Of a stretch of 64,000 bases of DNA, positions 58,860 through 64,000 are shown piece after piece; position 1 is the stretch's first letter, and every line of letters starts with the position of its first letter. A model generated the notes under the pieces. It ran no database searches. It had not been told where the DNA came from and was given only the letters and a program-made list of their open reading frames with translations. The DNA is from Nemertoderma westbladi (taxonomy: Eukaryota; Animalia; Xenacoelomorpha). The stretch spans positions 81,195 to 145,194 of the forward strand of contig JAUCBJ010008117.1 in NCBI GenBank assembly GCA_032718475.1, read 5' to 3'. The position numbers were made by a program, and so were the translations under genes.

Positions 58860-61800
58860 CATACTGTAGTGACATGGTCGGGGATGTTGGTGATTAGATT
58901 TCATTGACAGACTGTAGTGACAGGGTCGGGGATGTTGGTGATCAGGTTTCATTGACATACTGTAGTGACGGTCGGGGATGTTGGCGATCGGGTTTCATTG
59001 ACTACTGTAGTGCAGTGACAGGGTGGGGATGTTGGCGATCGGGTTTCATTGACTACTGTAGTGCAGTGACAGGGTGGGGATGTTGGCGATCAGGTTTCAT
59101 TGACATAGTGCAATGACAGGGTCGGGGATGTTGGCGATCAGGTTTCATTGACATAGTGCAATGACAGGGTCGGGGATGTTGGCGATCAGGTTTCATTGAC
59201 ATACTGTAGTGACAGGGTCGGGGATGTTGGCGATCAGATTTCATTGACATAGTACAGTGACAGGGTCGGGGATGTTGGCGATCAGGTTTCATTGACATAC
59301 TGTAGTGACAGGGTCGGGGATGTTGGCGATCAGGTTTCATTGACATACTGTAGTGACAGGGTCGGTGATGTTGGCGATCGGGTTTCATTGACTACTGTAG
59401 TGACAGGGTCGGTGATGTTGGCGATCAGGTTTCATTGACATACTGTAGTGACGGTCAGGGATGTTGGCGATCAGGTTTCATTGACATACTGTAGTGACTG
59501 GGTCGGGGATGTCAGCGATCAGGTTTCATTGACATACTGAAGTGACAGGGTCGGGGATGTTGGCGATCAGGTTTCATTGACATACTGTAGTGACAGGGTC
59601 GGTGATGTTGGCGATCGGGTTTCATTGACTACTGTAGTGACAGGGTCGGTGATGTTGGCGATCAGGTTTCATTGACATACTGTAGTGACAGGGTCGGTGA
59701 TGTTGGCGATCGGGTTTCATTGACTACTGTAGTGACAGGGTCGGTGATGTTGACGATCAGGTTTCATTGACATACTGTAGTGACAGGGTCGGGGATGTTG
59801 GCAATCAGGTTTCATTTACTACTGTAGTGCAGTGACAGGGTCGGGGATGTTGGCGATCAGGTTTCATTGACATACTGTAGTGACAGGGTCGGGGATGTTT
59901 GCGATCAGGTTTCATTGACATAATGTAGTGTAGTGACAGGGTCGGGGATGTTGGCGATCAGGTTTCATTGACATACTGTAGTGACATGGTCGGGGATGTT
60001 TGCGATCAGGTTTCATTGACATACTGTAGTGTAGTGACAGGGTCGGGGATTTGGCGATCAGGTTTCATTGACATACTGTAGTTACAGAGTCGGGGATGTT
60101 GGCGATCAGGTTTCATTGACATACTGTAGTGACAGGGTCGGGGATGTTAGCGATCAGGTTTCATTGACATACTGTAGTGACAGGGTCGGGGATGTTGGCG
60201 ATCAGGTTTCATTGACATACTGTAGTGACAGGGTCGGGGATGTTGGCGATCAGGTTTCATTGACATACTGTAGTGACAGGATCGGGGATGTTGGCGATCA
60301 GGTTTCATTGACATACTGTAATGACGGTCGGGGATGTTGGCGATCAGGTTTCATTGACTACTGTAGTGCAGTGTGACAGGGTCGGGGATGTTGGCGATCA
60401 GGTTTCATTGACATTGTGCAGTGACAGGGTCGGGGAAGTTGGCGACCAGGTTTCATTGACATACTGTAGTGACAGGGTCGGGGATGTTGGCGATCAGGTT
60501 TCATTGACATACTGTAGTGACAGGGTCGGGGATGTTGGCGACCAGGTTTCATTGACTACTGTAGTGCAGTGACAGGGTCGGGGATGTTGGCGACCAGGTT
60601 TCATTGACATACTGTAGTGACAGGGTCGGTGATGTTGGCGATCAGGTTTCATTGACATACTGTAGTGACAGGGTCGGGGATGTTGGCGATCAGGTTTCAT
60701 TGACATACTGTAGTGACATGGTCGGGGATGTTGGCGATCAGGTTTCATTGACTACTGTAGTGCAGTGTGACAGGGTCGGCGATGTTGGCGATCAGGTTTC
60801 ATTGACATACTGTAGTGACAGGGTCGGGGATGTTGGCGACCAGGTTTCATTGACATACTGTAGTAACAGGGTCGGGGATGTTGGCGATCAGGTTTCATTG
60901 ACATACTGTAGTGACAGGGTCGGGGATGATGGCGACCAGGTTTCATTGACATACTGTAGTGACAGGGTCGGGGATGCTGGCGTTCAGGTTTCATTGACAT
61001 ACTGTAGCGACAGTCGGGGATATTGGCGATCAGGTTTCATTGACATACTGTAGTGACAGGGTCGGGGATGTTTGCGATCAGGTTTCATTGACTACTGTAG
61101 TGCAGTGACAGGGTCGGGGATGTTGGCAATCAGGTTTCATTTACTACTGTAGTGCAGTGACAGGGTCGGGGATGTTGGTGACCAGGTTTCATTGACTACT
61201 GTAGTGCAGTGACAGGGTCGGGGATGTTGGCGATCAGGTTTCATTGACATACTGTAGTGACAGGGTCGGGGATTTTTTCGATCAGGTTTCATTGACTACT
61301 GTAGTGCAGTGTGACAGGGTCGGCGATGTTGGCGATCAGGTTTCATTGACATACTGTAGTGACAGGGTCGGGGATGTTGGCGACCAGGTTTCATTGACAT
61401 ACTGTAGTAACAGGGTCGGGGATGTTGGCGATCAGGTTTCATTGACATACTGTAGTGACAGGGTCGGTGATGTTGGCGATCGGGTTTCATTGACTACTGT
61501 AGTGACAGGGTCGGTGATGTTGACGATCAGGTTTCATTGACATACTGTAGTGACAGGGTCGGGGATGTTGGCAATCAGGTTTCATTTACTACTGTAGTGC
61601 AGTGACAGGGTCGGGGATGTTGGTGACCAGGTTTCATTGACTACTGTAGTGCAGTGACAGGGTCGGGGATGTTGGCGATCAGGTTTCATTGACATACTGT
61701 AGTGACATGGTCGGGGATGTTGGCGATCAGGTTTCATTGACTACTGTAGTGCAGTGTGACAGGGTCGGCGATGTTGGCGATCAGGTTTCATTGACATACT

Positions 61801-62647
61801 GTAGTGACAGGGTCGGGGATGTTGGCGACCAGGTTTCATTGACATACTGTAGTAACAGGGTCGGGGATGTTGGCGATCAGGTTTCATTGACATACTGTAG
61901 TGACAGGGTCGGGGATGATGGCGACCAGGTTTCATTGACATACTGTAGTGACAGGGTCGGGGATGCTGGCGTTCAGGTTTCATTGACATACTGTAGCGAC
62001 AGTCGGGGATATTGGCGATCAGGTTTCATTGACATACTGTAGTGACAGGGTCGGGGATGTTTGCGATCAGGTTTCATTGACTACTGTAGTGCAGTGACAG
62101 GGTCGGGGATGTTGGCAATCAGGTTTCATTTACTACTGTAGTGCAGTGACAGGGTCGGGGATGTTGGTGACCAGGTTTCATTGACTACTGTAGTGCAGTG
62201 ACAGGGTCGGGGATGTTGGCGATCAGGTTTCATTGACATACTGTAGTGACAGGGTCGGGGATTTTTTCGATCAGGTTTCATTGACTACTGTAGTGCAGTG
62301 ACAGGGTCGGGGATGTTGGCGATCAGGTTTCATTGACTACTGTAGTGCAGTGACAGGGTCGGGGATGTTGGCGATCAGGTTTCATTGACATACTGTAGTG
62401 ACAGGGTCGGGGATTTTTTCGATCAGGTTTCATTGACTACTGTAGTGCAGTGACAGGGTCGGGGATGTTGGCGATCAGGTTTCATTGACATACTGTAGTG
62501 ACAGGGTCGGGGATGTTGGTGACCAGGTTTCATTGACATACTGTAGTGACAGGGTCGGGGATGTTAGCGATCGGGTTTCATTGACATACTGTAGTGACAG
62601 GGTCGGGGATGTTAGCGATCGGGTTTCATTGACATACTGTAGTGACA
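58860..62647. repeat. 48-bp satellite, ~78 copies
   Basis: Unit CATACTGTAGTGACAGGGTCGGGGATGTTGGCGATCAGGTTTCATTGA, with length variants (GTGCA insertions). Confidence 0.98.
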
Positions 62648-62719
62648 GTGAAAAGTGCCGCTTTTTTCCTACCGTGCTGTAAGACTTGACTGAGGAGACC
62701 CTATCAGCATCGGGCTGGT

Positions 62720-63220
62720 AGGCTGTAGACCTGTTAACGTTTCCTAAATGGATGCGTTTACATACCATTTTATTATACTATTGACTGAGTCCCAGATGTT
62801 GTTAATCATGTGGAGTAATTGGCCATTAGAGTTACAGAATCCGAGAAGTAGGCATACTATCATGCCCCTTCGCGATATTATGAACTAACGAGAATTACAT
62901 TTTGAAATACAGTTAACTCGTTTGACTGAAATAATAACTATGGGGAACTTCAATTCGAGACAATGGAGAAATGGCAGAGGGCGAACCCTCACCAATGAAT
63001 TAGCAATCATTCTACCTACAATGCCATGCCATATCTCCATAAACCACAAAAATGTTTTGCCTTTGTTTCCTAACATGACTCCTGTTACAGTGTTAGTTGT
63101 CTTAATATTGTACCAGCTGTTTGGTACAAAGCTAGCTTAGTAACCCAGGACCAGCAAACCACAACTCCTGCGATTCACTAGTTCGCAACAGTTTTTATCG
63201 GTGATCACATTCCTATTTGG
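62720..63220 (+). pseudogene. Eroded LINE AP-endonuclease remnant
   Basis: Ordered fragments IILLTES, IITMGNFNSR..NGRGRTL and FIGDHIPI match the APE motifs (ET, GDFN, SDH) across several frames. Confidence 0.5.
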
Positions 63221-64000
63221 CAAATGAACAAACCACCAGATGGTTTTGGGTATATCAAGCAAAGTTTACTATTATGTTGGAATATCGTTTTGAATAATGT
63301 TTCCGCTTAACTTATACTGTCCGACTAAACAGCACATGGTGTATTTATGATAATCATTTTGCAGCAACTTGAAATATACTTTATTCTTATCAACATTATT
63401 ATTTCCTCCCCCTATTTAATAAATTGATAGTCGGGAGATTGACTTCATAATATAATGTATAATAGATGCAGGAACCATTGTAAAATATCAGACCAATAGA
63501 GGAAGCAAAAATAAGAGTAAAATGAGACTAAATTATTAGAAAACTAACTTTATATAATAAATTTAATTCTTTAATTTATTACTTGCATCATAGTGTTGTT
63601 TACAATAGTTTATATATTTAATTTATGCAAGGGCAAGGAATATAAAGCAGCTTTTTATCCTTAATGTTTGTTTAATGGTAGATGTTAAGTAAATTAAATT
63701 TAACTTTATCTGAAATATTCGTATATATTGAATCATTACTTCACTAAATCAGTGTGCTTTATATTTTTACCAACGGAATTAATAAGGTTTCGATCAAGGT
63801 AATTATAACAATCAATGTGTATGTTTGTGCGGAATTTAAATGTTGCACAGTGAATTTCAATTTCAATCTATTCCTTAATTTTATTTTTTAGAGGAAAAGC
63901 TACGCAAATAATACATTATTTCGAGCAACAATTAAACTGTAACCCGTTCTATTTACTCTCGAGTATTGTTTTTGGTTTAATAACGTGACACTTTAACATG

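Noticed and set aside
58904-62768. Repetitive ORFs (LTYCSDRVGDVGDQVS / MKPDRQHPRPCHYSMS)
   Set aside because: They are by-products of a 48-bp satellite and are repeatedly broken by frame-shifting unit variants.

Overview
AT-rich, repeat-dense genomic DNA from a eukaryote, most likely an invertebrate animal. The evidence is a Nin/Deu-type SINE, RTE/CR1-like LINEs, BEL/Pao and Harbinger elements, and animal housekeeping genes. There are only three cellular coding regions, all GC-rich and uninterrupted: a 5'-incomplete AASDH (16379-18751 +), CLPTM1L (39430-41028 -) and an SV2-family MFS transporter (47860-49458 +). The rest is nested mobile DNA: a Gag-only LTR-like element, several LINE copies, a truncated BEL/Pao element fused head-to-head with AASDH, a PIF/Harbinger transposon with interleaved genes, many foldback MITEs, and at least seven tandem arrays. 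The most unusual observations are: (1) a tRNA-like Pol III unit whose anticodon loop is replaced by a minimal hammerhead ribozyme (35670-35773 -); (2) copy-versus-copy evidence that the pervasive TACTGTA/TACAGTA motif is a Tc1/mariner excision footprint; (3) the integrase/AASDH junction; (4) the absence of introns in normally multi-exon genes; (5) a nearly C-free, hairpin-studded 2 kb region after a lone Gag ORF. All calls were made by eye without database searches. Repeat boundaries and copy numbers are approximate.
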